DNA of 64,000 nt from Clostridia bacterium. GTDB lineage: Bacteria > Bacillota > Clostridia > Christensenellales > UBA1242. Under the pieces are notes generated by a model that saw only the letters and a list, made by a program, of their open reading frames with translations, was not told the origin of the DNA and ran no database searches. Positions 40,301-41,929 of this stretch are shown here, piece after piece; the first letter of the stretch is position 1; each line of letters starts with the position of its first letter. The stretch lies in contig JBNMHO010000002.1 in NCBI GenBank assembly GCA_050872785.1, positions 72,165 to 136,164 of the forward strand, read 5' to 3'. The translations under genes were made by a program, and so were the position numbers.

Positions 40301-41929
40301 TTGATACTTAACGGTGCACAAATTCAAAACAATGAAACAAATGGTTTTGGTGGTGCAGTCCTAACATTCTCAAGCCGTAAGGTGTCGAAATTAGATGATG
40401 TTGGCACAAACTTCTCAAAATTCACAATCAAAGGTGGGACTAAAATATCCAACAACTTTGGCACGCAAAAAGTTCAAGTACTTAACAACGTTGCCTCTGG
40501 TACACTTGGTCACGTAGGTGATAGTAAATATGGAGATGGGGTAAATAGATTGGCAAGCACAGACGGCATCGTAAGCATTAACAGCATTGTTTACTTTGAG
40601 GGTGGCGAGGTTTACGGCAAGATGACCCCAGCAACCGAAGACCCAAGTAAGGAAGAACCAGATAGTGCAGCGGATAGTTTGTCATTATATCTGCTTGGCA
40701 CGGCGTTTGAGAATTCAAGCGTAACGTCATTTGCAAACAACGATGCGGATGCATTTATTGATGGCATGGAACTAGATGAAAGTGCAACAAACAGTTCAAA
40801 TGCTAATGATAGGAACAAAGAATACTTAAAAGATAAGTATAAAGAGCATTATATTTTCAAGGCGTCTAGCGGAACTTTGCCAGTGTTCAAAAACAATATT
40901 ATTATTGGAAAATATGATGATGAAAACACTTGGTGTAACACCTGTGGCAACACAAGAAAGGTTGATTGTGGCCCGCAACATCAAGCCACAGTTACAATTA
41001 CGGGAAAATGTAGTGAATGTGGCGGAACGGGAAATTATGAAGATGCTGAGGGTGAAACAAAAGATTGTCCATACTGCGACGGGACTGGCATAAGTACTTA
41101 TGAGAAGACTTGTCCACGTTGTGACGGCACAGGAGATGTTGCCTGTCCAGATTGTGCTTCAAGACAACCTTATATTCACATTGATACACACACAAACTGG
41201 GGACAACTTTGCAGTATTCAATATCTCAACAACCTTCCAGTTGACTTCTTAAAAGACTATTCAGAAAGACATTATGCCTATGGCTATTCAGACGGGCTCC
41301 TGTCTTGGGCTAATGGAAAGGCGACAGATAGTCGTAAAGTTCAACGACCAAATATTATCATAAGTTACTTTGAATTAAGAGAAAACGCAAATCTGGAAAA
41401 TAATGGCAGACGAATTACGGACAACTGCGAATATGTATCACATCAAAAAGGCATTTGGCGGGTACTCCAACTTAAAGCAAAGAAAAAACCAAATGCAGGG
41501 CTGGACAGTGAAAGTAAGGATGCGTTAGGATTAACTGGCACATTCTTTGAAGGATTTTTTGATCTTATCTCTTGGCTTGATAAAAACCCAGCAATGAGTG
41601 GCATTGCTTCCAAATTCGGCGGTGTAACAAAGCTGGCAGAAACAATAAACGCCTTTGCTTCCATAGATTATAGTGCAGGCTTGCAGGGTGCTCTGTATGG
41701 ACAATCTGATACAATTGCAAAATGGAAAGAATACTTAAGGACGGATTGGAGCGGTGATTTTGTTGATGTTGGTCCACTTATTGAAGCAATTATTCAAGGA
41801 GCTGGTGAGATAATTACAGTTGTTTATCCTCCAGCAAAGCCAGTTGTGGATGCAATAAAATATGGCTACGAGCTGTTGAAAGGCGGTGTTAACTTAATTT
41901 TGAAGCTCAAATATGTTTCACTTAAATAG
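6737..41929 (+). CDS. giant (11,730 aa) membrane-anchored, repeat-rich surface protein (adhesin-like)
   Basis: Uninterrupted 35,193-nt ORF. RBS GGAGG (6724-6728) lies 8 nt before the ATG, and an intrinsic terminator follows the stop. The translation shows Flg_new-type repeats (GYxFxGW...LYAxW), Pmp-type FxxN/GGA[IVL] beta-helix repeats, BspA-type LRRs and a C-terminal CxxCxGxG zinc finger. Confidence 0.92.
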   Translation: MDNFTPKGNGQNNVPQNGNVRNGAPQNGDSQNFARPSVPQGGVNGNIPRQGMGMNNVSSNGVRPSSMNGQNSSMQNAVRQSPNGVTQNRPTPNGNFANGQRVNVPNANGQNVTPQNFSRPNAHMQNANRTYPNTQNQNVSRGQNINGGNFGSPNLNTQNQNMPHGQNANVNGQTNGQGLNGQNSNVQNINPAGGSGGGNSGNGKIAGGAGKKKFSKKFKGILVGVISAIIIAISATVGIFVAPHGEGQKCRITFEDMGPYGARDAVELNVGDRYEAPTLDDILSDDGQENVLVKFKGWLKSDGTPYVAGNVNEDIVLHPDYELGDVKVTFVTIDSYNDTNSYIFLGEIFTKYYAEKISFASYLNLYQSLKLSDGVRGNTYAAETDYMKEYVLESGVSGEANYSAKNYSEFAGKFLNVKNFSMAGSDNLYSIEDVIDTPSGNRVVVVNFDGKDVEIKYNSNLKSIEKQYTSGGIAGETFENEETDRVYKFGQENYVLPSYAALRSVDSSKGFVLNNPRYHRLVGWSFIAPKIMTESGEIDNPDFGKEGTYYKFNASERLKLTREFLKDENRLELYAVWDEDVTSLNVYSNPNLASVASISMNATQGKSVGDWLGDIVSSLQKRGSVLVGFNTSPRYDGKILNLNTFLEGGLTSHDNPEETNPYLSGVEVNLYAVYRRVVENTYIKLNDLDLKVSGVNITKDSLNINYNLQQSVGESYVYDASGVEVSFDEAERMFVVKNLIEGTTFDLPNLSRSNYLFEGYRTKNRLYAMAETSSSVQVKVLLDDILSDGTFVINSNWRGVETSFAFDLQNGQKEIVTAVYGTKLVVDITTQSDVTSVVVRKFVGLEPILTFEFEKEGYNFLGMSKNAAGGEYLDEVLGEFVLNDEFLNVLTSVDGIRTIFACWEIKTVTATFVLSGGTFDNGSESVTGRYTLSTTYGGSVELPSKDLSKFVREGYNFDGWFDNSNLSGEAVCGYDATDIVLKKDITLFAKWVEIKFATIFSDYNKTKNVKIETDRNGNFVFAGSELDGMTFVAITQTPTGGENIVKVGEVASVSLGEEFYCVWRKVVYQNGGTAENGATGDEISGGYVTYGVPISPISNEYTCSKYFYFAGWQIVNKNGSIASDFVQPSTVLDESSTGYSISDSLTAGGEAKIVLVANWQRKDVRIEIYSDENMRVLVKSIKVDVNKFDSVTLLSDAAGDLALSTINGRDIDFVKDDLQNSTAYYSNGSELKITIPKDSLIYEVNNVFVYKLCAVTKKYATFFEEENGRSVRISVGTDFEDGTDRTGYAENAGPADKIAKEDGSYVYDTIISNGVRGKFVLTSGEDAPFEFSKEHYNFDKWQKSDGVNYAVGESVKILSDVTFVAQWVKKVYSLNIKDTVGGNYAGQDGVKTVKFVYGQTIDLSDVLYDLNTRFDDEASRNVKLAKNILYNGVNFALSDKLLMEYSEFGLEGILLEGELDDGVVEMTITWEEMTYQIVVDLNGGSWNEDVELSENATLQNGKIVYTVTFAQAENLKILYEGIEKQGYTFSSFLNGRNGNVTKTSDGYFYAATSEYNVFDGDNILATYDESFSVVFDLSGADELAEVATITQNVNFVTVGTESDGDWIEITLPAAGDRGEGFEFAGWWKNNNATDATNNLSIIQNSFGEGNTLKITREDLNSYNLLGKNEVVLYAVWKAKVTFVAGRKFADGFITGATNAQGEAALIDIDYNSNGQTISVKGFEDWVVCGEIDANTLGKYKFEHANGFGFVFGGWNENGKRVFSLDVSAPTILVAEWASAKITITLRDQDGKSFAQSGLTTEEVVIERDFSTGDFLDLNNIYRTFVAAGKTTTPYLFGHNFVGWVEGSVGMTNWTSATSKTIYTSSNLLAMPLQDSVYCAVFEKADVEIVADMNTEDERGDRPFVNDIIETFYGKFGELYTVDVSDKNQYSAHPYFEIISWKANKNGSTFETTFMLDASVVEYDAQLNKYVANIVATWTRKTSTIVINVNGGTIASGYFNSDSGFANNLIKVEYTTRQIIITQYVSNDSFLTLPTAENISREMFVLNGYNVDNGKDVLTLAGGNKVWNTESGRIVITANWLAVANVNVYENAGNEVEKQISFQVVLGEGNGIQFDELGNEVLIYRAGSVEKRVSFAIFAKTSYEILGFSLYRSSGVNYQFDTLYSLNNVSTLSIYTVWVGKEYSISIYANDPELSPAENSSNVTVLSEGFRYGENVDMSKFFLKASSTGGWVFESFEIEGLVFDGQTTTFNPEVQDIGYKTNYDFTTNWKGKEIKVTYNFGNATFTDTDGQSGSEIVKTYTYSKRFGENGTMVKTLTPSESTTTCVRFEDEGAEHPLYAFSSFVSLDENVEVVNGEFELPAKDITLVAKWQSREIKLVVEPTGAAIGEDKDAKFDSLENTSGFKVSKGIRAGKDVLLVEELLIGDKVDLATLPKAVCSGEQYAYVFLRNYAGEGVCEEGNRSYIENTVFEVSKNSSVNFDIIWNAESEAFELWFTLLWSPTDVTVTYVQSLPVVNAPTITDASGDEVLDETSNTVYGYNNRATGYITDAAKYQTLEVNKLGEIGHTERNSETGESEFVLGFSLLEGYNLFGWKQIGWTTERDHSKVDGNYTKLNNKNSYFFSPTGDQNGTTNLLAFEKKTSAVKLYPIWEQEDYVLSLKDQTSKNFDGQKDFVVKYDSVFSVQKLLEDGGITLVTTAFDTTEKVFKNFANWVYNDKTFASETSLVFSKDFGGFINSDDLSDTNRTVTLNMGWEEVQYRLKLNLYFGDYSDKANVYFYRDADGSCYILTDNVVKFSELKTDGILLSNLKSLLLDETKLSKTVGDNVYSFAGWALTTREDGNILEPTKMLSLAGEKLVINEDTFGIGSEANLEEELLAYLNPETATIELTAMWNCYKLVINANEGTLTDTTSSKLWDGESDGQGNAWTADADGNICLWTYYGANIVLNEKILSWFARENYSAETKTFIHFVPQLDADGNVVRDEFDEIVYDTERLSVKDSTCDFVVVTNDNLFVEWIGNQVEIVVSPNSKTNDVEGNFDSASYAQFEAAYRELFSEVDSLLDASRSHKVETTAETINGVSVTILRLAANYGDQIDCFNLLLASSNGGNTFYGWTDGYLNYSTVPFVAKDNDSNRLYGLWSAVAMFELNGGRYGQSSSAKEVIDPVAPEGSDGKINLPKKMLINEGGSPYDAGPRKVGYEFVGWSDNAGGYKTYSEYVAKWKNLYIEEYIKSLTTQTEEEKNTIKNQLVKEVVRDHEVYVERFKTLMGEEYVTNLLATSFKVYDENKEYTLTGDVTFYALWRQVKVTVTFFKSIDDYKNGAGNGTDSMATYDIWYGETWTLPTKYDTSDYATKIFGWTHSTDGKQDAFAGWNVYNATSEMKLSSGETVELTSDKFFANLMDGDSVRKNVHLVTIWESVSVTVKIKLGPSSEDYAYYGESAGQDYGYLETLVEGDSKYLIISNPFSSFYYPNLDRIVRFGKVAKGYVEPYGYASSKAIVSNTKNIRATTLHIAKTGESRYIGEVREVNGNYVYELEVVWAEAECFIDNYFNVNTNIGHKFYESLQDALEDVADKDNDTFETRQANIMLLDKVSLEGDTTKYHYIKNTVNIGLRKVVVDIYNKSAKNIVLRRQTTGVAVIVGENGLFAIRNTTDNLSFNIEGEGKSGDVFVKVESGAFEITGRIEVTNFNNTLSSKGSLVWAVGGSVTLDGVSFSGNMLSGTNSSLFGGVICAESGCSVSISNGEFKNNSVVGTFSDENLSTYGGAVAVLSKSTLTINSVKFLQNISRVGNKGRSFGGAIYASGSEVSYYSCYVTDTDDNGNPKQGKNDISFRENSAMFGGAIAVVGGLDGTTLVKSTLQLSGLIDEAAGKTWTVMMYHNFTDGEGESGNDIYAVDANVDVTAMASLCEEAKGNGAGIFAGSNTDATIKTSIFSTTYAQNGSAIYFRGNSLTVSDSVFSQNVATSGNVVDGDGGAIYVEGAIAQTAVVVLTGNVISYTWAKRGGAIYVGENVNFSLSGKEGELSSIEKTYAELGGAIYYGSTYEAESQINYVSFKTSIYLEDADGQKIYPKNGGGIYVADGNLVVANSSFTFCRADNGGAVYIKKGKITFKNTNTFEKLNDVSSGVIEENPNLEGSEENALAARYVGNNASFGGGLYIEEEGEFDFQSGGLGYNTATATASAIYNYGKVRLGDVTLEENNSTTYIAILNQGSVEIYGNAFIADGQRIFLGTYLSETVKIVDGKKETVTERKFHEITISKENWLNKKADSEEVNHVEIDFVTKNAVMNKPVVQFASVMENGEENKSKLYNAYKQYLQDGNEEIFTLTQSASFVLRCDDEKFALVLALHSYDILFMDLSKDSDGKVIASKTIKCGDPLSDETLASINSIKPTNLRYGYTFVGWAYYNEYPVASETYSDFEGLGVRYSFKDDEKSVDVYSQILSGEGKFNYIENLKNVRSEAGNEFKFPAHNFYLYAVWKPNEYDVEFVYEPLGHINTTINNQEFSSNLGMMNVLKKKVGYGLSFNLPLASEVNKTLFVTYDDVTNVERDASNVPQRVTLSSGESVTNFELETSGLYAGSYFYTKQIAFGESVFELKFYVGENEDRAWSVFMNDTDLSSPKVTLRNSLNIDGEEQKVDPNVYPEKVTFEKDGNNVSYETSVDEDGRYFFVDAESGRKYVSRQLIRLDGYEFSNYKINGNLGYGAGDLFRMDESNPDFSDLGRKITVTVMFKRLTVKLILNNNDSQEGSVTAEKDVYPGTEILLPTMYDFGEFENIGRRENYSLVGFSKNKNYAADGQGVLYAPGDRYVVTESSTGVHELYAIWEEAECFVQPTNSTKETEKWFYSSLSKAFEDVSSNVYGTTYSQFNIVILKQNVEVKSELVVLADVILSAKAGEVTLKLSDDFAEGKAMFVVGGTSVSGDYTKAKLTIDGKSGTNLVISQGTVKNRSESLIVVNPNSVLNILGYTRFENATVTSENRGGMITVFGQMGDEGALYGVVNISGTGVVFSGNSSTNGGAIYVGSYGILNAEADDKDGISFGKTKDEYKENTASGNGGAIFAQENAQITLKNVWFKENAASVGGAVYISADCKSNISDCTFSGNIATGSSLGGGAIYSQADLKLSATTFMEFDSNNSLGNGGAVFASGVLTFVGNPTFTKNTAKTSGGAIFAPQGLVFDGGYFENNVASEGFGGAVYVKNILQKTTRNETLTVTFKSNKATYAGAIAIIDLQQNTSLDNLYFDSNEYVNEGGAIYVENAAPNFMLTLGKTVNISGSKALGGNAQYQRGGAAYVKNGNLLFEGTADGNAAVSGGAFYLEGLSRLVLNGARVQNSSAESDGGAIYVGGSSYIQFTGDNTVLSSNLALRGGAMFVNSSNVNTVIKNVTFDANSLSETSMFGEVLYISGNSQVTMQGNIGLVVASTDSHQVYVGKNGTLTLINAKFVNSENVEISSKTTIESEIRGTSVSHGKIVMDEKSYITDIYFSPISKDKLSANIQILTVSGNMSSTMENRERIVIHLYDVATDAKIENLHMVKFDSSDLARFAEEYFELDEETKKFVLAGSGSYLDIIKMAEDITIDPNGGEITYNGTTYTEPFKIQLDDSDDNTLKFLDNLSGFRAGYKLQNYFDGYVDGEATGSRRMNAQTIKPYKQVTLKAVWEQRSYAYKSYYQNEKSEYIEVGGGNIMFTDRIYLTAPARQYLTCIGWKVFYVDATTSNFVPLIDKVMGLKDSFSLNRMGETVEETKSKLKLVEENGGTVCFVAQYEETMVEIIFDGNGGTSKSGETMVKMSIPQSREYLTYASLLDTFSKADYAVNGIFTGDNNIYHENVDTMYDFSNPSICIKDLTKLTLHCNWQKVEAVIIKNNVSAGEINRINYETVGEAIKNLLDGDTLEIVSSRIELKSALVFNKAISITVTASKPVTLTRATSLSSYMIRVENGQVTFDSNNSTITLDGNNDGSTDGAIYVASGATLVAGDVLVVANQNVTNNGAAIANNGRLILVGAKILNSSTKGNGGAIWNNGSLLVTDVTIENCSATNGGAIWTSGTAEIAGGTFDQNSATMGASVYVGNKVDGTGEGIVVHSATFQNGNMATYASKTLDEVKTYGGAIYVAEGVQRVVVGVSTQIIGNKATYGGGIYYVGDKVAPAVSNISFEAGCVLSENSAVYGGAICFGPVEDNFNNHVVRIISADIRSNTATYGGGIAVLKGTLEIYGGNVGKNICSELGQNIYVSLGGKLSVYGGTIGSTDTSGSEIVIEGNSLEDLSGKMELAGGGDIYDTVRLKGGAKINVKSDITSSKVISVAIENYPAGTDEVIIATFDDNLDSDATKFEVESSQRDNYRTRTSGQDVVITRAMFSLIIDPDGGVLSSDIAGIRQYGTRYVADVMFGTNLSSLLANTKAARDRREFAYWGIVNGETVTQLALDTTMPYGDLQIKAVYTQILFVLTLDFNDMGGLSKTKAEFNVQNLQNENFRNFKIDNGSVSVEVFVTGEGSNAKQTLAALASRLSRFGYMLSGFDLTAGNSFGINLDASNFEMSAEDTTVYAIWTANSYEVTFHSNPYEGEEETKTISVNYDENFTLLGIDDIALDGYILSGWAISRDGNGKTYKLGENLLMNKDMTQSLNFYAIWSAKQYTVVYESELTEATGNVEDTVMTYGEEGELSSSKFTALGYTQIGWKTADGTEYLFANSLTVKNLTTEDKVSVYAVWQGNEYIVALHVANDETSRTKEIKATYGDSTKNLPDISEIVDTYSRLTMYFVGWTTVPNGKTEDVEYSNCQVIYNFTTEDRIELYPVFVKYSLNILSNNGEDKVLAFEPDNQGVITVSKQDLISFALVGHEIGFLSRTKEVSLGASNINFDEQGYITISTSVFTKPVFELFVAWKSLPYVLQFEVEGGNGEYPTSTIYVSPTGTNTYAEGATSCVLPQDMETPEILHGWSMLPDASVVNFELGASLALTQDFVAEFAKYQDISLGILKLYGVRETEYSIVYNLNTTRTIIGASATDIVGENQNETAKFEIGTESNILFADINGNVWEIADTRDENDQYFAYFAGWAYSPSATTPDIRQSYENPNEATTKFAGTVTLYAVWEEYSNPFIFTYLDSKIVGLSEEGQTLENANIILPEHKLYKVGTSVVVGETITGISGLLTAGQIQSLNFKFVTDGFEIEPFAFENTNNLLGLNNLKQNQVFGFGAFVNETLKDITFEESDNIAMFVASDGNIYSTDGTSASLFAVLISNMGGEANYAVAQSANYNGTNYNINSVLPFAFAKTTFETISIPQTISSLKEGSLSYIENLSSIIVPFVGGGSAEDGAARASSLKYLFVDRYGEVVIPAGLVQVNIQNDKLDNFGDYAFEGFAKLERIFFGANIKTFGAYAFSDCANLIELGTSGLFDISNITNIGSYAFQNCVNIPKSIDLSNVQTFGERVFDGSGLQSVVLSGTTENFGENKTFEELTTLVEARLYSIAAFEAVVNGTGITASDIEEDRKGVVYTNINFYQRIVKTAEWQKYLRYNIVVDNLIDVLSSTNELISYHSSLEDAVANAQNGNKIVVKSDINLKSTITIDKQISIYAGYEKLDSEDRGGITFTRKSDETAFIVESNGNVTFGGNFVEGDDATYVNAELDIVGSKRESADSLIKVNGGVVGFNLGLKIYDHISQNGSVVYATGGTISVTGSEIYNNYAVTSGGVFYISSQATLNIFRANIHDNGMFDGEVMTKSGGVVFAQDGSVVNISDKETQIVNNGAQNGGAIYIDCEDVTSTISAGLFSGNMATMSGGVVLLNAGKLDITGEVEFYGNSAKNMGGAIAVVGGTLCVNKGVKIGSSEANMGNSAAIGGGVAINGGGLVADNVTISSNNATTGGNVYISSDKTSSITSSEIILGNNGGSIDFGTDVLGGGIFVDGAKVNIKNSSIKENKAFAGGAIYITENNGLASEVTLTSGELLNNEADMGGAIFVKNGKVVATSVDIAENNAKDGAAIYVSNGEVTLKAGKISNNTATENGGGLSINGGTVNIIESTILSDNRATENGGNIYYSDGSLVINVATIEKGTANFGGGLYLERNALGVEKEADVKILSAKFTENVANSGGAIYTNLVLSIDKAELSGNTASEFGGAIYVGDRARVVLDEVSSSENISNAENAEKFANIYISKDASEHALSISNNTVLGEAEKSNGVYLPKGKIIDVVALTLGSEGETSMRKNRIRLHLERSPLDKSEWQDDKGIYVALYADTKYATTGVSKFVSEGVCFTRMGAKIYATIATVVDVTDRGKPINYASLKDATEQSTTEGRNYIFEIFHDQKIDGNNFVQVGNKQNITITRQKDADAKIYRDANYTGVMFEILGKLSLNFDKDNSEFSGSVLQPLDIFGSDESGENSQSVEATSAMFRVVSSGTLNIYEAVTIQNGSNLLGYGGAVSVENEYATLNMYNGTIANCNALYGGAIAVIKGNANILGGILENNTSNLGGAIYSAGTIVVGTDSTTTLMANNIAQGVSGFGGAIYTVDGSMATINSVTFTSNIASKGGAIYAEGTLNISNSRFSQNRASKGGAIYDTGLMSIVGGNFSENGSTEEQDCEFGGAIYIARSKSDAVAIEGVSFNNNSAHSGGAIYVEKGEITIRNTSETSGSITGNSATYGAGLYVGAGNVTIISYNISSNVAEGDLVSNGGGVYIAGGNVTISNSQITDNSAMFGGGIYFVSGSLSIYGGAISNNHAEASSALTQTYGGGIAQLGGSLKLAAYTEEGGASSNVTISGNDADFGAGLYLVAREGGSAEISNTEISGNTARVTAGGLAVKGVNTTIINTKILKNTSGNDESGKERVGQDVWFGGESYLVFGSQVTLGENKEKDRPTIYVAGESIFKNSSTPTVSDNKALIFNTEFDYSTLYQEIYLHHEKNYLGNYVDTFFVALGSDVIQDIITLHVDEGVPYETKVVYVGATYAEKALAKFTIPVDSDYTLKQGSGASQDYLVLAPQSYQVVDEEGNIRYITEKLQDAIDKANAHKNSKNEQLMVVINEKEVVITEAVQIGVTQSSESGSVIDTVYIAARKSTVISRNGYGGNVFNIGRYADVKIGTNCMEDFAGVIEGFKTAFGGTIPTITFSGDIKSSGNVAGVDAFIRNSGSLTLGENVTLENNTLKATGTGAVNDGGAVVVTNGGTLNVRGSVFIGNSATGSGGAIYVENGSMLNFESGTIKGNTAFVSGGGILIDNSTATISGGTITDNAANYLGGGVAVRNGGTLEITGDVEISYNKATNGGGIALFGKGSITTSSSADGKKVQIKENVAILSGGGVFAASSPETVDGKLSIVAELKLTGVDIQGNEAQKFGGGISLTTTNQNTNERNVTFDNILKDDKGNRIVGIKATIGLSEDSGSVTISGNKAKYTVNTRLKNTAAYTSYGLGGGLYALDAKVDILNTTISANETSFEQNYTDTSGNSHHEEIGGYGGGVYASYSAISVKDSIISANIAMKNGGGFYVTEGAEVTFSNCDNATQIAQNKAQYGGGIYIHNPGGKAKVQIASIIVGGVGKENIAAKGDGIYVDASRDFVALLITTTNGSTTLSDNIAISDHVYLAPHTNAETGNRDDAIIYVDKHCSSGASIKIALDEDQKDRGHIVAKYDCSDAEKWADERMFVTDDLVSPYCFIAKGENIVVGIKIVLRENVNDGAIRFFESLESAFAYVTSGNWNFVLLEDLDEMPSIDNFAVGEQITVNNGVTATLCSGRITGDGHEWEAITEEKDGLSRKVVKMSKELTSSIFKVYGSLTTTGVIFDGTGSNAGIAILGSAEESNGSFALGSNTLVKNFNNIAVEAKAGEVKVQGATIENNTATVIQISEEAILTMTDSTITNNKMASGDSVVSVASNKENKIENCVFTDNSATDGGAVLNKGSLTISGGKFANNSATNGGAVANENDGTLTITTSTSGSADETATSSDAADIMFENNSAKDNGGAIYSNSGTVKISGVTFSGNTTKELSSNGGTIAVVNTTVTISDTTIQKSYTLGSNGLTSAKANNGGGLYAEGSSVTLNGGNTFEDNNATNGGAMYLKNSSITPNTSEGKDNLITGNVATNGGGLYIVTNSTEDKPMNLSGLSIISNIANDGNGGGVYVASGAIKLTGGSVNGNKAKADVRTTDKMKDVSTGFGGGVYVASGATLIIDADSSEIITGNTALYGGGVYTAGTTTLTKGVIRGNVATTASANTEGTTTSFKNSKEARGGGVFVKGILNVVGGSISGNIADCGGGVYLDGTLVMNDGNINSNQSYWGAGLYVNSTTATLSGGLISNNVTVHEVEGVAVTGGDGGGVYVAEGKTFTLGNDKNPSETSTTSISNNQALRGGGVFVAGQDSEFTLQNATLSENTAILGGGVYVGHSIIKEIIDGKEGTPNYYPAKFVIDAGKISSNTAKIPEQKDENKDKIAEIIKLEKYSVPKGGGIYCEGTLEMHSATIENNTASQEVGVGGLGGGLYFDNGEIQAGDDTQSGISDERFSLTIDGSFGKNSTFTGNKAAHGGAIEIQSKQGVNNIKISNTTFDGNTASVNGGAVDVRGSAIFANCEFYNNSATADGGAMYVRRRENTEDNSVEIKDSFFGDEGEGNTAAKGGAIYVCGKVIDEKSCGPNVTLLRVTMCYNGISTEPTRIAAEYGGAMYIENSNVSFVKGKEEGASTISNAATTNGKENEISHNSATKGGAIAMNGGTLNISASTAFTANNATNGGALYVTSGDVTLASGIFGGEAYQSIDDKHDLKSLINEHKEALSDRTKTEPYAPKTDTSNTATDGGAIYVAGGSVTIAENVQIEGNHAENGGGVYIANGELYIKAAKPTKEENKNIPASNITGNYATSGGGVYVGGGILSVGFDGDGGLNLASSGYIFGNIATNGGAVYISGGSANLINGSIKNNCAFKLGGGVYINGSDDTILTMNNFEISENYAQSGGGICVAGAKVTINNGGKISENSALDIGNIIASDDFTRGVGGGISISGGTMILNGSAINNNFADNMGGGIYASSGTITQSEKEGANTDTLRMGGNHATNYGGAIAIPSGGGHVTLSNFIIGGIKFDTKINDNILYATSGSVNGRSVSGFDENQIQNIKSALSENRVQWANYATFGGAVYVAGGTFNVAAKSSGDTSIVQGFGANTQIEGNLGQFTVGAGNIASSGGALFVAGGDVILNGGNFAYNYAVGKVNDGNQGNKELKDFVDKNLYEVKTGEKDEKSIIDYWGGGAICQVKGTLILNGAQIQNNETNGFGGAVLTFSSRKVSKLDDVGTNFSKFTIKGGTKISNNFGTQKVQVLNNVASGTLGHVGDSKYGDGVNRLASTDGIVSINSIVYFEGGEVYGKMTPATEDPSKEEPDSAADSLSLYLLGTAFENSSVTSFANNDADAFIDGMELDESATNSSNANDRNKEYLKDKYKEHYIFKASSGTLPVFKNNIIIGKYDDENTWCNTCGNTRKVDCGPQHQATVTITGKCSECGGTGNYEDAEGETKDCPYCDGTGISTYEKTCPRCDGTGDVACPDCASRQPYIHIDTHTNWGQLCSIQYLNNLPVDFLKDYSERHYAYGYSDGLLSWANGKATDSRKVQRPNIIISYFELRENANLENNGRRITDNCEYVSHQKGIWRVLQLKAKKKPNAGLDSESKDALGLTGTFFEGFFDLISWLDKNPAMSGIASKFGGVTKLAETINAFASIDYSAGLQGALYGQSDTIAKWKEYLRTDWSGDFVDVGPLIEAIIQGAGEIITVVYPPAKPVVDAIKYGYELLKGGVNLILKLKYVSLK
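7397..7462 (+). other. single TM helix (signal-anchor) of the giant protein
   Basis: ILVGVISAIIIAISATVGIFVA is preceded by a Lys cluster. There is no signal-peptidase-like N-terminus. Confidence 0.8.
7470..17340 (+). repeat. long array of degenerate Listeria-Bacteroides (Flg_new) type repeats
   Basis: Recurrent units of about 70-90 aa each end in W. Examples are REGYNFDGWFDNS...LFAKW, KVGYEFVGWSD, EGFEFAGWWKNN...LYAVW and GHNFVGWVEG. Confidence 0.75.
17341..40900 (+). repeat. seven Pmp-like right-handed beta-helix modules with interleaved Flg_new runs and one LRR block
   Basis: Approximate module boundaries are 17341-19755, 21181-23412, 24260-25745, 29216-31430, 31431-33570, 33571-35590 and 35591-40900. 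Each opens with a head motif (FYESLQDALEDV, FYSSLSKAFEDV, NYETVGEAIKNL, SYHSSLEDAVANA, NYASLKDATEQS, RYITEKLQDAIDKA, RFFESLESAFAYV). Each is then filled with FxxN...GGA[IV][YF] turns. Flg_new runs lie at 19756-21180, 23413-24259 and 25750-27957. Confidence 0.75.
27958..29215 (+). other. BspA-type leucine-rich repeat block inside the giant protein
   Basis: Repeats are of the form xFxxAFxxCxxLxxIxLPxxLxxIGxxAF. Examples are FGDYAFEGFAKLERIFFGANIKTFGAYAFSDCANLIEL and IGSYAFQNCVNIPKSIDLSNVQTFGERVFDGSGLQSVVL. Confidence 0.7.
40934..41155 (+). other. DnaJ-type cysteine-rich zinc-finger segment (aa ~11400-11473)
   Basis: CNTCGNT ... CSECGGTG ... CPYCDGTG ... CPRCDGTG ... CPDC. Three are exact CxxCxGxG motifs and two are partial CxxC motifs. 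Confidence 0.75.
41156..41926 (+). other. orphan C-terminal domain (~257 aa) of the giant protein
   Basis: Non-repetitive sequence with no LPXTG. The last ~120 aa are Gly/Ala-rich and amphipathic (GLTGTFFEGFFDLISWL...GIASKFGGVTKLAETINAFASIDYSAGLQGALYG...IEAIIQGAGEIITVVYPPAKPVVDAI). I recognise no family. Confidence 0.5.

Noticed and set aside
7286-40818. Dozens of 60-170-aa ORFs inside or antisense to the giant gene, for example 36619..37134(-), 12326..12802(-), 7286..7690(-), 20970..21323(+) and 27615..27983(+).
   Set aside because: All lie within the 35-kb ORF in other frames. Their translations are low-complexity shadows of the GGAIY/Flg_new repeats: Pro/Ser-rich on the antisense strand, Leu/Gln-rich when out of frame. 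None has an RBS.
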